Source of the DNA: Paragordius varius
Taxonomy: Eukaryota > Animalia > Nematomorpha
Assembly: GCA_964247055.1 (NCBI GenBank)
Contig: OZ176053.1
Coordinates: 9,052,001-9,116,000, forward strand
Direction of reading: 5' to 3'
Length of the DNA stretch: 64,000 nt
Part shown: positions 33,808 to 50,000 of the stretch, piece by piece
Layout of the letters: every line of letters starts with the position of its first letter
How positions within the stretch are numbered: the first letter of the stretch is position 1
Position numbers and translations under genes: made by a program
The notes under the pieces: model-generated
What the model saw: the letters and a program-made list of their open reading frames with translations, nothing else
The model's database searches: none
What the model was told of the DNA's origin: nothing

Positions 33808-36687
33808 AAACACGATGGTAACCTTTGAATATACGGTAAAACGTGTTTTACATCTGGATGTTTTGATAAGGCATAATAATTTTCTTTATTACCTTGTGAA
33901 AATTATATTTAAATTAAATATCAAATAACGAATATTAAATTCAACTTTGAGGTCCTAATATTATTTTATAATTGATCTTTATTTTAAATGTTAAATGTTA
34001 AGATAAAAATACAGATTCTTACATTTTTGATTGGAATTTAATCATGAATTAAGGTTGCATTTGTATGCATTTAGTATAAATTAAAATTATGAAAAAAGGA
34101 AATTATCCAAATTATCTTAGCTACTTAAGAATCGTCCCCCAATAAAAGGGCACATGAGTCCCTTTGCAACGTGTTTAGCACCCATTATAACATTAGGAAA
34201 AATAAACAAACATGAAGCACGAGAATGCGGAAACATAGTGGGTGATGAAAATTTTCAATAAGAAATCCTACTGGGCATTGCTACGAAATCCCCAAAACGT
34301 AGGCATAGATACTGTGTTACATATCCATATTGATTCACACGCTGAATTCCGACATTTCATTTAATAGGCTTTATTTATTTATTAGATAATATCAGTGGTC
34401 AAAGAGTGTTAATTATTATAGATAGAAATATTTGCAGCTGTTAACAAAGTCCGGGCTTACTATGACATATCAGTTTTTCTGCATATCACAAATCTTAAAA
34501 ATTTTGTACTCTCCATTTTTTCATCCTATGTAAATAAATAACCTTATAAAACCACTGTATTCTAATATGACCAGATAGACTGTTTAAACTGCGCCTGTAC
34601 TGCGCTTTGTACTGCTTTTTAAAATTAAAAAATTTAAGTTTTTTCATAAATATATATTAATTACCTTTTATTTATTTATGCAAAAAATATATTGTAGAAA
34701 ATAGAGTACCCTCTGTTAAAATAACCCCAATTAGTAAAAAAATAAATGGTGTATTTTGGGGTAAAAACCAAGATTGGTTTATTTTTGATTAATTTATTTT
34801 CTGCCCGAATTATACATATAATTAGGTTTCGAACCGGTTAAACCGTTTATAAATGCAGCTATTCGCGCAATGGCGGTACTATAAATCTCAGATTCCACAG
34901 CATGATTTAGGCTAATGGCCTTTTCGCTCAGGGCTTCCGCCTCAAGATTTAAAAGCACGAAATTAATTTATAACATTTTAGTAAAAATTCGATCATGGTG
35001 TGAAAGCTTAATTTTTGTTTCCATTTTTCTAAAGCAATATAATATAGAAAATTGTTATATCCGTATCATATTTTTGCAATTCATTATATATCGCATATGA
35101 TTTCGATATAGCATTTTGTCTATTTGTATGATATTCTTTATTTTACTTTCCCAGTTTTAAACACATTTATTTTTTTAAATTTTGAAACATACAACACAAC
35201 AAATTTTTATCAATTCTTTCAATAATTATCTTTATCAAATCTTTGTGTATTAAAATATTAACATACTATTAAACGTTATATTAAATGTAATTCTCATCAA
35301 ATTTTTTACGGCCTGCCAAAATAAAATCACTGCAAAAAAACTAGCAGAAGAAAATGGTAGCAGACCCCAGACTGACCTAACTAAATTAATAAAAATGAGT
35401 CAAATTTTTTTAAAACAATTTTTGTCTGCAAAATTCCGTAACAGTAAGCATCTTCGGATTGCCCTTTGTTCGATGATATAGGAGTGCACTATATCCTTTT
35501 AATTAATTTAAATTGAATTTGAATCTTTTGAATTATATCAAAAGAGCAGTATTCAATTTTCTGCGTATAATATTTTTTGCCATTTTTGAGCTTTATTCAG
35601 AATTTAGTAAAAACGTCCGCTTTTTTCATCTTTGAATTAACCTTGAACCTCCCAAAACTCTATAAATAAAGTCGCGGTTTTAGATATTTGATGTAAGCTC
35701 ATATCACATTTTTTGTGCTTTTCCTTTCCACTCTAGCATTTTGTTAATTAGATTTATCATTAGGCAACTTCATATTAATAATATATTGTTATTGCTAAGA
35801 AAGTCGTAATTAAACATATATACCCCTATACTACATAAACTTATCTATTTCATCAGACACCGACCTAATTATACATCATACGCAAGTAAAAATTATTAAA
35901 ATAACCGATTTATCAAAATATTTTCCTGTATTTATTATTTTTTAAAAATATAAACTCAATAATTCATAAGGTGGAATTAAAAAACAATAACAGATTAAAT
36001 AAGCCAATCCTAAATATTTCATTCTTCAAGGGTATGTTTTATCAAGGGTAAATTTGAAAAGGGAACATTAAAGAGTTTGAAGGTGATTTAATTTAAGTAA
36101 TAATACATAAAGTTTTTTATTTGTTTTTTGTTAATTTGTCATATATTAATTAATTATGTCGATTAAATGATTTTATTCTATATTTTTATACCCGGATAAA
36201 GTGTAATCAATTATTTGTAGATTATTTTAATCATTTTCGTGAATCTACAATTATAAATTATTATCGAAGATATATTATCAATTTTTTGCGAACCTCCTGA
36301 ATTATTCCAAAATTTTTTATGCTGTATCAATTAATTTTTATTTGCATATTAACACCCGTAAAATGTTTTTAAACATGGAAAAGTTTTTTTTATCGTTTTT
36401 GTCTAAATTAAGATGTTAAATTATTTTTAGTGGTGAGCCTTGTAAGTAGCCTGTCTTAAGCTGAGAGTTTTTAGAATTTTTATTAATGAATATAATCAGA
36501 TCACACGGAAAAATCGATTCCATAAAATTTTAGTATATTTACTACCCCATAACAATCGGATTAGCTGGAGATGGAAAAGATGGTAATTAAATGGCGTACA
36601 AATATGATATAATGGTAGCATGTATATACAAAACTCAAGAAACTTATATATACACAAAAGATGTCGAGGGCCTCTATTTATTAATGT

Positions 36688-37270
36688 GTTAGGTAGGTAG
36701 GCAGGTAATTCCCTATCAATTTCGACCCCTTGGAAATTTGAATAACTAGTTCCCACTTATCTCTTTCCCATGCTATTTCCTTTAATTCACTTATACTTCT
36801 ACCAAATTCCTTCTACAGTGTCCAGCCATCTTATCATGGGTCATCCTTTTTTTCCTTTTTCCTTCAACTTTCCCAAAAATCAAATCCTTCTCAAGGGATG
36901 TACTTTATAAAATGTGCCCTATGTACGTAAACTTAACTTTTTATTTTAATTCCTTGTAAGTTAAATCAATATTTAGTTTTCGCTTATTGTTTCATTATTA
37001 TTACCCTTGTAAGACCACCTTATATTCAACATTCTCCTCCAACACCCCATTTCAAATTCTGAATCCTTTTTTATCATTAAGTTTTAATGTGCCACTTTCT
37101 GAAGCATTAATCGTTTAATTTTTATACATCTTCTTGATTACACTTGCGTACAGTTATTTTACCATATTGCGTTATAATGGATATTAATAGGCACAATGCT
37201 TAATTTACTCCAATAAAGAGGCTTCAGGTTAATTGCATTCAACAAAATGTATTTCAAACGGAAATACACA
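36688..37270 (-). mobile_element. RTE/BovB-like LINE 3' fragment
   Basis: Minus strand reads KFTYIGHIL..TSLEKDLIFGKVEGKRKKG.PMIRWLD, followed by a (CCTA)n-like tail near 36690. Confidence 0.75.
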
Positions 37271-38064
37271 TCTAAAATAAATTATTGCTAAATTCACTTA
37301 TTCAAATCATATCAATATAATATAGAATTAAAAATTATTAATTAATTTTAAATGTTATGTGTATTTTTTTGCATAAGAGGTTTAGAAATGCCAACAACGA
37401 TTTCTTTGCTATCATCTGCGCCTTATATAAAAATTTTAATTTAATAAAAAGAGAAAAAATGATTTAGTGTTCGTATACATTCTGACCTATGATAGTATTT
37501 TTATATATAATATCTTCAACAAAATATATTTAGGTCTCAAATTAAACAAAATTTGAACTACTAATAATTACTTGTAACCATAAGATCATTGTTAAAATTC
37601 CAAGTGCCGAAATCAATCTTTATAATGTGTAATTTTGATAATTTTAATTGACATTTAAGCTAAAATAACAATTTTATTTGGCGATAAATATTTAGAATAT
37701 ATTTGAATCATAGCTAAAAGGCAGCAAACATTTAGAAATCGCTCTTTCGCAAAAGATATGGAAAAATGAAAATGCAACGGCTAACTCATACAGATATTTC
37801 TTACTATGTCATCATGTTTTTTATAATTTGTGAGAAAGGGTCAAATAGCTTGTTTAAATCTATATTGTGATAAATATAATTTACAGTAATTTAATTGCAA
37901 ACAATGCGTACGATAATATTACATAACCAAATTTGGACTTTTATGGTATTTATTACCTATTAGATATATAAATTACACGTAGAAACAAATTATGATGGAA
38001 TTATACTGATACATTACTATTAAGTATATATAAAAAATATTGAAAATAATAATATATCGAGTTT

Positions 38065-41000
38065 TTAAACAAGCACGGGCTTTTTTGTAAGTTCTTCCAA
38101 TCTTTGCAATTGCTGTTTTTGCGAATTAACCGGAATATTGAGAGATCTAATATGAGTTATATTACAACGTTTTAACATTCATAACAAACCTAGCTAAACT
38201 ACTAATTTAAAAAGCGTATGTTTTAAAGAGGATATCAACGAAAAATCTGACACATGTGTTCATAACGGTATGCAAAATAATATAACGCCAAAAAGACATT
38301 AATTTAAAAATCTTAGTTTCTACATATATAATATCTGTTCTTACAAGTAAATATGAATAAACTAGACATACTTCTGTATAATTTTCAGTGCATTTCGATA
38401 ATCAGTGAGTGAAAAGGATAACTTTCCGTGATGTTCTTCATGGCTTATTATTTCGAATAATTCTTCGGGTTTTTTGGCCAACAGCTCATAAAATTGCCTT
38501 GCTTTATCCAAATCAGATTCGCGGTTCATGGTAATATTAGTCAGATTTTGTTGCAAGCAAATAAGATTTTGACACCTAAATTAGCCAAATAGAATTTCAC
38601 AAAACCAATCGTTAAAAAACACTTTTGATGCGAATTTTCTTTCATATAATATGTTTTTGATTTTATAGGAAAAACCGAATCAAATATCTAATTATTGGAT
38701 ACTTAATTTCATTCCTAGTATAATTTATCCGTTGATTACAGAGTAATAGTTTAAAGATGAAAAAAGTATTTAACATTATTTAAATATAAAAATAAGTACA
38801 TCATTTTAATAAAAAACGTACATTATCTTAATGATATCAGGCGTAATTTTGGTAAAATCAGATGCCCGATTTATAAGCATTGTTGATATGAGATTCCCAA
38901 CACCATCAACCACATATTTAACCTTGTGTTTTTGCAATGAAGTGCTCAACGTTTCTTCAAACAAGCTAAGATCCCGATTAAGCCTATTAAAATAAAAATA
39001 TTACTATTTATTTTCAGAAAAAAATGGCATAAAATTTTTTGTCATATGTGGTAAAATTTCGACATATCTAATAACATTGGTCTATAAATATCTCAAAATT
39101 ATACCTGACGACGTTTGTGCTTACGCCCGACACCAATGAATATGGAAGATTCAATGATTGAATTCCATCGATTGGCTCATTTTCCCTTTCAAACTACAAT
39201 AAGTTAATTTTATATAAAAAATAGAAACTACAAATGTATAAAATAAACGATATGGCATTTGATAAGGAAATAATTATTGAAACAATGAATAATTATTAAC
39301 ATATAATAACCTTATATAATTGATTGCCCTGATATATTAATACTTTTGGGGGATAGAACATAAATAACCAAATATAAAATTGAAGTGGTAAATTCATTCA
39401 TTAATAAATCTTGGTTATTATTGAAGTAAATTAATTTTTAAATAATGATATTTGCTCATTAAAGATATATCACCCAATGCAAGTAAATAATTGGATATAA
39501 TAATTTAAAAAATATATGAAGCCTTTTGTAATTAATTTTAACTATACTTGTTGAGGTAAAGGTTTGAGATAATAAAAGCAATGTACGCGTATCTCTAAAT
39601 GCAAGACGAGCAAGCAAGTTTCTGAAATTTCTTCAAATGCTTGGGCGAAGTCCCGAACTGAGTCAATAATAAAATTTGATATGGGGACCTTAACACTGCC
39701 TACTAAGAAAAACATATTATAAATTTATTAAACGTCTTTTTATGTGGTACATCAAGATAAAAACGATATTTTAAATCCTAAAAAACGAAATTTTATGTTT
39801 ATCCTCAACAATAATTTTTAATGGATTATAAAATGTTTTGCTAGAACATTGAAAAATGAGAAAATATTCGAATGTTTTAATTTATCATATAATTATTATA
39901 TAATTTAAGCATAAGGAAAAAAACTGAGAAAATAATTTAATTCTTATTTAAATAAAATGCTCTCGCACTATGAGACTGTTGTTTATCCAAAAATTTGAAG
40001 AGTAATACTCATTTCAATACCATATATTCAAAAAATATTTTGTAATATTTGGTAAAAGGTTTTTACATTATAATCATATATTACCATCATTCATAGTTGT
40101 AAGATTGGGATTTTCACTGGAACTTGCGAGACCTGCGGCTAAAGTGCTCGAATTATTACGTATTAATTGAGCCAAAAAACCATCAGGCGCCAGAGTATAT
40201 TGTGGCAAAGAGCTAAATTATATTAGTTTGATTAATTTTTAAAGTGTGTCTTAGACATATTATTAAAAATAAAAATATAGGGGGTATATTACAACAAACC
40301 AATTATATTAAATGTTTTTAGGGAATTACATGAATTCTTACTAGGAGAAGCGATTTAAAATCATTAATAAAATTGCTTAATGCCACGTAAAGTAAATTAG
40401 GAGTAGTAATTAGAATAAACTTTTGGAGATTAAATGATTAATGTAAAAACAATTTGTTATACAAACCTATGTTGTTTTATATTGATATGAAAAGGATAAA
40501 GGCTTTATATTTAAAATTGATGCTACGAACGTTTTTATAAAATATTATAACTATTAATTTATTTATTATATTTTTTAAAGCCATTTTAAAAAGTTACATA
40601 AGCATTACTCTGCATTGGAATACGGTTAATATATATATATATATATAAGGCACAAAAAATATTTACTGATATTACTAATTTAATAAAAAAAAGTTTGGCT
40701 TACACAATTAAAATACACGAGAGAAACAAAAAAAGTATGGATTTAATGATATATATGAAACATACTCTAATTTTAGTGCATTTTCAGTCGGTTGAGTTGT
40801 GTTGGTTGGAAATGTGTTATTCAAAGTGGGTACTAAACCAAGTCTATAATGCGCAAACCATTCCAAACTTTCATGCAATAAAGCTAAAGTACGCCAACTA
40901 TTAGAAGAGCTTAAGATTTCATATTCCGGAATGGCTTCATTAATTTCTTCATCGGCTAAATTGGTTACCAAAATATCGCTTTCTTTCGTATAACCAACTT

Positions 41001-44000
41001 CCATTCTTGCATCATTCAACAAAATAACAAGATTTAAGTTTATGGCAATGATTAATTTTTAGGTAAGAAAATTAAAACACTAATGTATGTTACTTGCTCG
41101 AAAAATTGGATGTAGCTGTGTTCAGATTGCCAAAACTGTAAGCGTCTAATCAATATAAAAATGGCATATAAATTTTACATTAATTATATCATAAATCCAA
41201 TAAAAGAATCATCTAAATGGATAAATAAAAATCTTAAAATATTTAGTAAAAATGTTATTTCATTATAATATTGTTTTAAATTAATTCTGAAATATAATAC
41301 CTATTCCGGGTGCAGTGGGTGAATATATGGAATTAAAAGGTATTTGAGTGTTCCGTTCATATTGATTAGATGCTGGTCGCATATACAATTCCTCTTTTCC
41401 TTTCATAACCTGCCAATTAGGAAGCGATCTAGATTTAATATAATCATTTTTTTAATTAATTGGAAAATTAAGTTTAATAAGTTCTTTGAATATACAGTGG
41501 TCAGCCCCATAATGACCCCATTTATGGAGGAAAATACATGGGTCGTTTCTCGCATCATAACCTTTTTCCAAAAATATATATACTTAAAATTTTTTTGATT
41601 GAAATATTATTAATATAAAATATATAGTAATATTCGACAGAATTTAAAAAATTATATAAAAATTATTAAATATAATTTATTTTTTAAGGTTTCATAAGGG
41701 CTGTTAACGATTACAACCAAAAAATAAAAGTCAGTTAATATTCCGAAAAATGACTGATGATACACACAAGTAAATGAGTTAATATGCGCTCTATAATAAA
41801 AAAGCTTATTATGAGGAGGTCTATATGGTAAGAAGGACCCACTCTAGTTTTTACAATAAGTACCGAAGAAATCGATTTATATCCTCGTCTTTGACCCACA
41901 TTGCACTAATTATACGCTTCTCTTCAGTTTCGGGGGTAACAATGCTTTTATACATATTATGGCAAATATCTTTGTACCCCTACAAAACAATATAAAAATA
42001 TTTAAAAAATTTTATTTAACAAAATTATAGAAAAAATTATAATAGTTGTCAATTTAATAACTAGAGTTAAATAGCTATATTTTAAATAATTAACCCAATC
42101 CAAAATGTATAGTAATAAAATTTAGGTCAATTACAACATAAATAAAAACCTGCAAAATTTTGCAAATCATAAGTAAAAATTGATTGCTGTAATCCGGCAT
42201 ATCATTTATAATTCTACGGAGTTCGGCCAAACTTTCATCGACCACATACGTATGGTGTAACAAAGGCCGACTCGTTTGATGATTAACAATTGATTTTTGT
42301 GATACCGATTTTGTGTCATATTCTACTAATGTTTTCCATGCATCAGGAGCTAGAAAAGTACAAGTTTGAAAAATGTAAGTGAAAGCGGAAACACATTATG
42401 AATTTAAAATAATAAAAAATATACAGTTTAGAGTCTCTTTTTCCTTTTTTATTAAAGGGTAAGGACTTAAATTGTATCCGGACGCGTGAAGGCTGTGACA
42501 CTCGCCTGCCCAGGACTGACAGTGATGATGGAAAAATTGCGTCGTTTCGGGGTTCGAACTCTGGCACGCAGTGTATAATAATAGGCAGTCACTAACTTCT
42601 TTAAATTAATAGCAAATAACTTTTCTAAAACTATCATTATCATAAAATCAACGATAAATTTATAATGAAAACGTTTTGTCGACATATAACGTTTATATTA
42701 AACTATGTGTTTTATTATTGTTTAAAAAAGGATTAATAATTTGGTCATAAGAGACCCATCTAAAAATCGATCGCTAATGAAAAGCCTCAAAATAAGGATT
42801 TATAATTACCTGCTTAATAATTTAACGGTATAATTGTGTAGTGTAAAAATGCTTTGCTCACGAATGTGTTAGATATACAAGCGTAAACAAACAATTAATG
42901 ATAAGGACCAACCTTTTACGGCTTTTTCAATCTTATTGGCTACTGAATTGTGTATATCGACCAAATATATTTCTTTGATGTAATCGGTAAAAAAGTTAAA
43001 AAGAATGCAATGAGCCGGCTGAGTGATTCCAATTTCTTTTTCCAATTTTTGACAGAACCCTTTAATAGGTGTGTACACATACCGCAAATTTTTGACATCA
43101 GGCTTGCAAACCATGATGGGATTCGAAAATGGAGATTCTATGTTTGTTTTGCAAATTAATTAATTACTTTAGGTAAGCAATTCGTTTATTTTATATAATT
43201 TTTAAAGATGAAAGAGAAAACCCTATTAATATATTATAAGGAACTATTAGAATAAAAAACAATGTAGAATAGACATTTATAATGAAAAGAATATGTATAT
43301 CAAATAAACCTATATTTTTTGATAAATAAGGAAAATGTACCACCTGTTTTAGATTCCGTCAAAAACGAGGTTGTTCGATTCAATGTTGCTGTATTAACAG
43401 TTATGTTAGTATCAACAACATTATTATTTATAAGGCTATAATTGTGGACCATAGTAAGAAGGGGTGGTAAAATAGGTAAAGTTGTGTTTATAGTCAACAA
43501 ATTAAATCTAGCCGATGTATCTTTTTGATCAATAGTGTGTGACTGAGAATTTGCTGTAAGAGTTAAACTCCCTGGAATGACAAATGATGAAGAAGCCGTA
43601 TTGCTGTTATATTCATCAATGGTGGGAGATTTTGTGGCCAAAAAAGCTAAGCTTTTGCGTTTCCGTTGTTCCCGTGCATAACGTTGTGCATTAATGGCCT
43701 GCGCTGAATTATCAAATCTAGATATAGATAATCAATGAAATTATATGTCAAAATTTTTTTATGTTTATATCATCAAAATATGAAAAAAAACAGGCAAGCT
43801 TTAGGTTGTAATTACAATAATCGCTTAAAGAAAAAACTTTATATTATTTAAATTGTACTTAAATAATGGTTGAGTCCTTTTAAGGACTCCGAATCCCGGT
43901 TTTTTGTTCAAAGGCTGAGATTTTGTTGAAAAATAACTACTTATATTCTCTGGGTCTGTGGACGTGGCATCATCAACAGCGTTTGATCCGTTTGTGGTGT

Positions 44001-47000
44001 TTGGATCACTTTCCATTGCCAAATATTCGATCAAGGTCATCTGTGATATATAAAAAAGAGGACATATTAAACAATCTAATGGTTAATATCTATAAAATTA
44101 GCGGGTGATAAGAAAATTTTTGATGGCTTAAAGTGTAATATCCAATTATCTAGGGTATGCCAATATTTTTAAAAATGAGTTGTTTAATTCCTTATTTTTA
44201 TCTATTTAAATTTAAGAATTCGTGCTTTTAAGTATAACTTTAAAAGACTATAAAACTGGTATATCTATTGACTTAAATTATTTAAACTGATAAAACGATA
44301 TAAGATTAGAAGGTAACCTGTAAAACGCTTTGAATAACCGCCCAAACATCAATAATATCGTATGGTGGTTGCATGGAAGAATCTATAACTTTTTCTTTTT
44401 TGGAAGATTTCGGAGAATTTTGTTTGATCTTTGGCGATTCAAGAGGGGAGACCTTTTCCTTATTTGATTCTTTGTTATCCTAATAAAATATAGGACATTT
44501 ATTTTTATTTAAATTTAAACACAAACAGATTTATGAATCAAAAACTGTATATTCAGAAAAAAGGAAGAAATCATGTGATAACTAAGAAGAAAATATCTTG
44601 GTGTTTAACAAGACATTCTTCAAAAAATTTACCGATCATGAAAAATTTGGCAAAAACTCAAATAAATAAAACGTTATAAAAAATATCTCACTAATATCAT
44701 TAAAAATAAATCATTGAAAAATATTATTACATAATATAAAATCCGAATTATATTTATTTCGTTTATTCCTGCCATTAATTGTTGGATAAAAGTATTTTTA
44801 ATTTAATATTTATATATGTCATATATTACCCTTAAATTGGATTTAGCAATATGAGTTCTTTAAGGTAAAATCCTCATTCAATCAATACTTTTGTAGAAAA
44901 CGGTAAATATAACTAGATATAATTTTTTTCTTAAAGATAAACATAACTATACCTGATTAACAAAATGTAGGTGTATCAGATTATATCGTTCCATTTGACA
45001 AGGGAACAAAAAAATTAATTAGTAGTCATATAATGGGCGTCAATTTTTTTACAGTCCCATGATTGAAATATAATAAAAAATATGTATTAATGTCCATCAG
45101 ATACATTATGTTAGCTGAAAATGCGGCCTGCAAAGCCATTTAAGTTAAGTTGACACTCTTGTAATAATGGGTCTAAAAAGTCCAATGTTTGATTTATAAT
45201 AGCCTTCTCTTTATAATGTGAAATTTTTAATCAATGTGCCGCCAAATTTCCAATGCAAATTGAAGAATTCAAATTTAATAACAAAAAATTTCCGCCACAA
45301 AATCAAATTTAAACTAAAAAATATTCGGATTTCATCCATAAGTCATATTTATAACGAAGTTTAAGGCATGGATATTGACTGATTTTTTCCCCAAAGTTTT
45401 TGAATTTTCGATTAGTCTCATCAAAATTATATTACACGTTTTTTAAGAATTTTTCGATGAGTGACATTTAATTTCACACCACCATCTTTTCTTTTGTGGC
45501 CTACTGCCATATTTCTTCTTCCCGAAACTTTAAGTACAGTCTTTACTATCCTATTTTTTTAAATGGGTCCATATATTTAAACGCTCATATTTTAATTTAT
45601 TGGCTGTTTCATATCGAAAGAGGTTCATTTTGTATGGTTTGGCGAGTGCATTGCAATTTAGTGCCTTTAAGATTTGTACTATTTATCTGTAGTTCTGCTA
45701 CTATCAATGAATATTGTGTTTCCAATGCATAAGTCTTTATATTCCTGCTGAATAAATATTTGTTGTGATGACTAGTTTAAGCTGTAAACTGCTTGAATGT
45801 CTGGTAATACACTATGTTTGCCAGTTTTACGTTTAAAATAACAAATTGATTAATACTCAAAAGAGCAAAAAGAGTGTGAAAATAGATGGATGAACGAGAT
45901 GCATCAAATTTAAAAATATTTAGAAAAGTAAAAAATAGAATACAAAAGCAAAATATATGAACAATAAATATATTAATGATCAAAACGATATAAACAATGA
46001 CCATATCTCACGATGTCAAACTTGGCTTAAATATATGAGGGGATCTTAAATAAATCAAATCACGTCGACCACCCCAAAAATACCTTTCAACATTGGCCCC
46101 AAACCATTCATCAACAAAATTTGCAGATACAACGCATTAGATACTGATAAACAACAAAGCGGCAGAACTGTCCGAACTCTCAGTCGAATTATTGAAAAGT
46201 GTAAAATCAAAAATGCATATTAACCAACCATTTCAATAAAATAAAAATTGATAATAAGATTCCAACCGATTGGCAAGTGTTCTATTCCAATCTATAAACA
46301 AATCCCCAATTAAACTTCTGGAACACACTATTTATTTTAATCGATCTTAGCAAAAATAAGAGATACAGTTAATATTGTTAATATGCAGTTTGCCTTCCGA
46401 AGCTGCAGTACAAATGATCATATTAAGGCGCCTCCAAAAAAAATCTATCTAAAGACAGCCGACTCAATCCCCTATATATTGATATGGAGAAGCGCCTGGG
46501 CTTATCTTTTGGTCTCTTCAAAAATGGGGCAGACAAATAGAATATAGACGCAATTTAATTATTATGACAACAGTAAAACTTGTATTCAGACAAATTTTGG
46601 GTACACAACTTCATTCCATATCAAAACATGTACAATAATATATATCATCAGTGATAAGATCCGTACGGCCTTCCGTGGGAGCTTTACCCTGATGATCGTA
46701 AACGTCAGAAAATCTCAACCAGCTTAGTCAAAAATTCAAACTTTGGAGAAACTACCTTTGGTCTCAAAAACTAAAATAATTATATCAGGTAACAAAAAGA
46801 CGGATATAATAAAATACCCCTCCCGCGTATGCCTAAAAATGTGGAATCACTTTATCCAATGTACCAAATATTTGTTACATAAATTATGCTCAGGATTAGA
46901 AGTAAGTTTGAAGAATTAATATAGTTAGACACCTCCATATGCTCCATAAAAACAATATATTCCACCCATGAAGCCATTTCCTCCCTTGAAATAGATGAAA

Positions 47001-50000
47001 ACGACATCAAAAAATACAAAAGTTTACGTACCTTGGCATTATATTTCTGCCTAGAAAGTTCATTACAAGCTATCAAAAATCGTGTAAGAATAGGTTGATC
47101 AGGGTAAAAGATTAAATACATATTCAGAAATAATTATATCCTTACCTCTAAAAAAACAAAAAATACCTGAAGGGCCTTTATAACATATGCATGACACACA
47201 AACACACAAGAGAATATGCTGGACAATATGAAACAAAAATGATAAGCACATTCAAGCGAACAGTTTCCCAAAATGATAAACAAACAAATGCTTTACCAAT
47301 CTCAAAATACATCCAGATCCATAGACTCGGATACTACGGTCACATACAAAGATAAGATAATGATGATTGGATAAAAAATATAATATTTTAAACCAAACAA
47401 AAAACAGATTTGTGCAGCAAGAACATGGGACAATAACAATACCCAAGATCTACAAGCTAAAAACATAAAAGCCGCTGATTAGACGTACAAAACGCCACAT
47501 TCATCTCTATCTATCTATCTATCTTTTTTAAAAATCATACGTAGGTATAAACATATTCAGAAAAAATGAAAATTAAACCTTAGCATTTGTGGTGTTCATG
47601 GCATTGGCACATATTGCAAAACATTTCAAAATATATTTGTGGGCTCGAGCAATACTCCAAAATTTAACGAACAAAGTTTGCAAAAGATATTTAAACAATT
47701 CCGGGTGATCCTCACTCGTCATTTCGTCATTGAATGGTTCTAAAGATATGTTGGATCCGTACCTGATAATAGTAAATATGAACATTATACTAAATATTTA
47801 ATACGTATATGACTAGTTTTGTATTATTTGTAAAACGTAAAAACTTTAATAAAGTTGTGGTAACTATTTGTTAATTTGTTATTAGGGTAACAAGAGTAAA
47901 TAAAAGTGGAATAGCAGTCGTATGTTTTCCGCCCAATTATCAACATATAAAGGTAGATGTCCATATTAGGTGTAAATGATTGCGCTTAATATGATTTTTT
48001 GATGTGTTGGTTTGCCAATTTTTTAGACTTGATTTTAAAAATCCACTTATAATTTAATACCTAGAAATATATTTATAAAAAAGGAAAATGCTAGTTTTGT
48101 GATCTGTTTCCAGAAAACCGGTAAACCCATTCAAATCCAAATGAAAAAATATAATCATTTAATGAATGCCCCGACAATAGCTTCGCCCCCTTTTTTGAAT
48201 TAGGCCTATAGTTAGGGACCACCGCATGGAAAAAACGGTTTCTTTTGAAGTCCACAAAAATCGTATCTTTGAGACAATTTTCAGGAAAACGTGTTGGACC
48301 ATTCGCTTTCAAATATGATTTTATTATACTTATTATCCATTGCGACAAACATAGCAGCTCGCTTTTTTAATTCAAGCCCTCTTTTTACCCAGTCCTCCCG
48401 TAAAATGCCATTTTTTTCAAAAAAACAAAGTCCACAAAAATAATTTTTTGATTCTATTTTTCGCCTAAGGTATGAGACCGCCAAAATTCAATGAGATTTC
48501 AGGTATTCCCTGTTAAAAGGCAAACATTTTAGTGGTGCGTTTCTTTTATATTGGCTGCTGGGTAAGGAGATACCCGATGAAAACTGCCCCGTTATATCGA
48601 AATAGCGTGCCTTTGGGCCTAAATTTCAGATAACCTATCATATTATATGAGTTCAATATGTCCTTAAAATATTACCCGTAACAAGGAAAAAATTTAGGTT
48701 TTGCGTTCAAAATTAGCCGTGAATTAGGCCCTTCACGGCATGATAAATGCGCCACATAGAATGATTGTTTTGAGGCAATTTTTCCAAAAACTAATGAGAG
48801 CATATGGAATCAATCATATTCCAGGTATTCTCCGTAAAAAGGCAAAATTTAGTTATAACGGTTTTATTTAATTACCCTTTAATTAGATCCTTGCCCTGAA
48901 AAATGCGCCACCATAGAATGACTTCTTGGCTTTGAGGCAATTTTTCGAAAATCCCACTAGAGCACATGGAATCAATTATGATTCCAGGTATTACCCGAAT
49001 ATCAAATAAAATTTTAACCCTTGTGTGATTCGATAAAATATTACAAACTCTTTATATTCAGGGATGTATTAATGACTGTTGTCACTTTTAGAATAATTAT
49101 TAATTAGCATATCATCATCTCGTTATATAATATACACATATAAAATGGCATACATTTAAATGTAATATTTATAAATTTCATCAAATTTCCGTATTACTAT
49201 TAAATATATATAATGGTGTGCTTTTAGTTGATATTTATGTTCAAAATTTTATTGTCCGGTTAAAATGAATGACTGTGTCCATAGTTATTCAATCTAATTA
49301 ACCCTTGCTCAAATCTTAGTTGCCTCAAACGTAATGAGTATCAAGCAAATCCATGCCTAATTTTACGAAATAATATATATTTTATTTTTATATAAAATAT
49401 TTTATAATTTGGTATTAATTTTATAGTTTTATTTTTGTTCAATTAAATAAAGATTGGATGTTTCTTACGTAAATTAATTAATAAATTTATTAACAATTTT
49501 GCTGATGTTTGCATCAAATTATTCTAAAGCTTACTAATTTAGGTCAATTCATAATTAAACAATTTATTCGGTTTTAGATCAAACCATATTTGGTTCATAA
49601 AACAAAATTTTTTCTTAAAAAATCGAAAATGATGCTGAACAATATATCATCATTTGTATGGGTATTCGATGGCGGTAGACCCTTTAATTTTTTTCCAATC
49701 TTTTCTTGATTTGGCTAATTCTTGATTTAATTAAGCGATTCGAAGTCTTTTAATTTAATGTATATTTGTTATAATTTCCTTATTAGACAAAAAACGATAA
49801 TTAAACATGATATTTGTTATTTGTTGTATAAAACGATGTTATAATATATGATGTATATAGTTTGAGATTACGGACAATACAAAAAATTAGTTTAAGAAAC
49901 TCTTTTTACATTAACTTACTTGGATTTTATCTCATAAGCGGTCAACAAAACTATCGAACAAAGATCAGATTGCATCATTGCCTTTAACGTCTAATAATAT

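Noticed and set aside
34080-35720. GC-richer open stretches (34116-34260 +, 34800-34960 -, 35280-35470 +)
   Set aside because: Each lacks a start or usable splice sites and has no recognisable motif; more likely old transposon debris.
46852-47446. Minus-strand ORFs 46852-47121 and 47252-47446 as EXOC4 exons
   Set aside because: They are antisense to a LINE remnant; EXOC4 splices in phase from 47579 to 44479.
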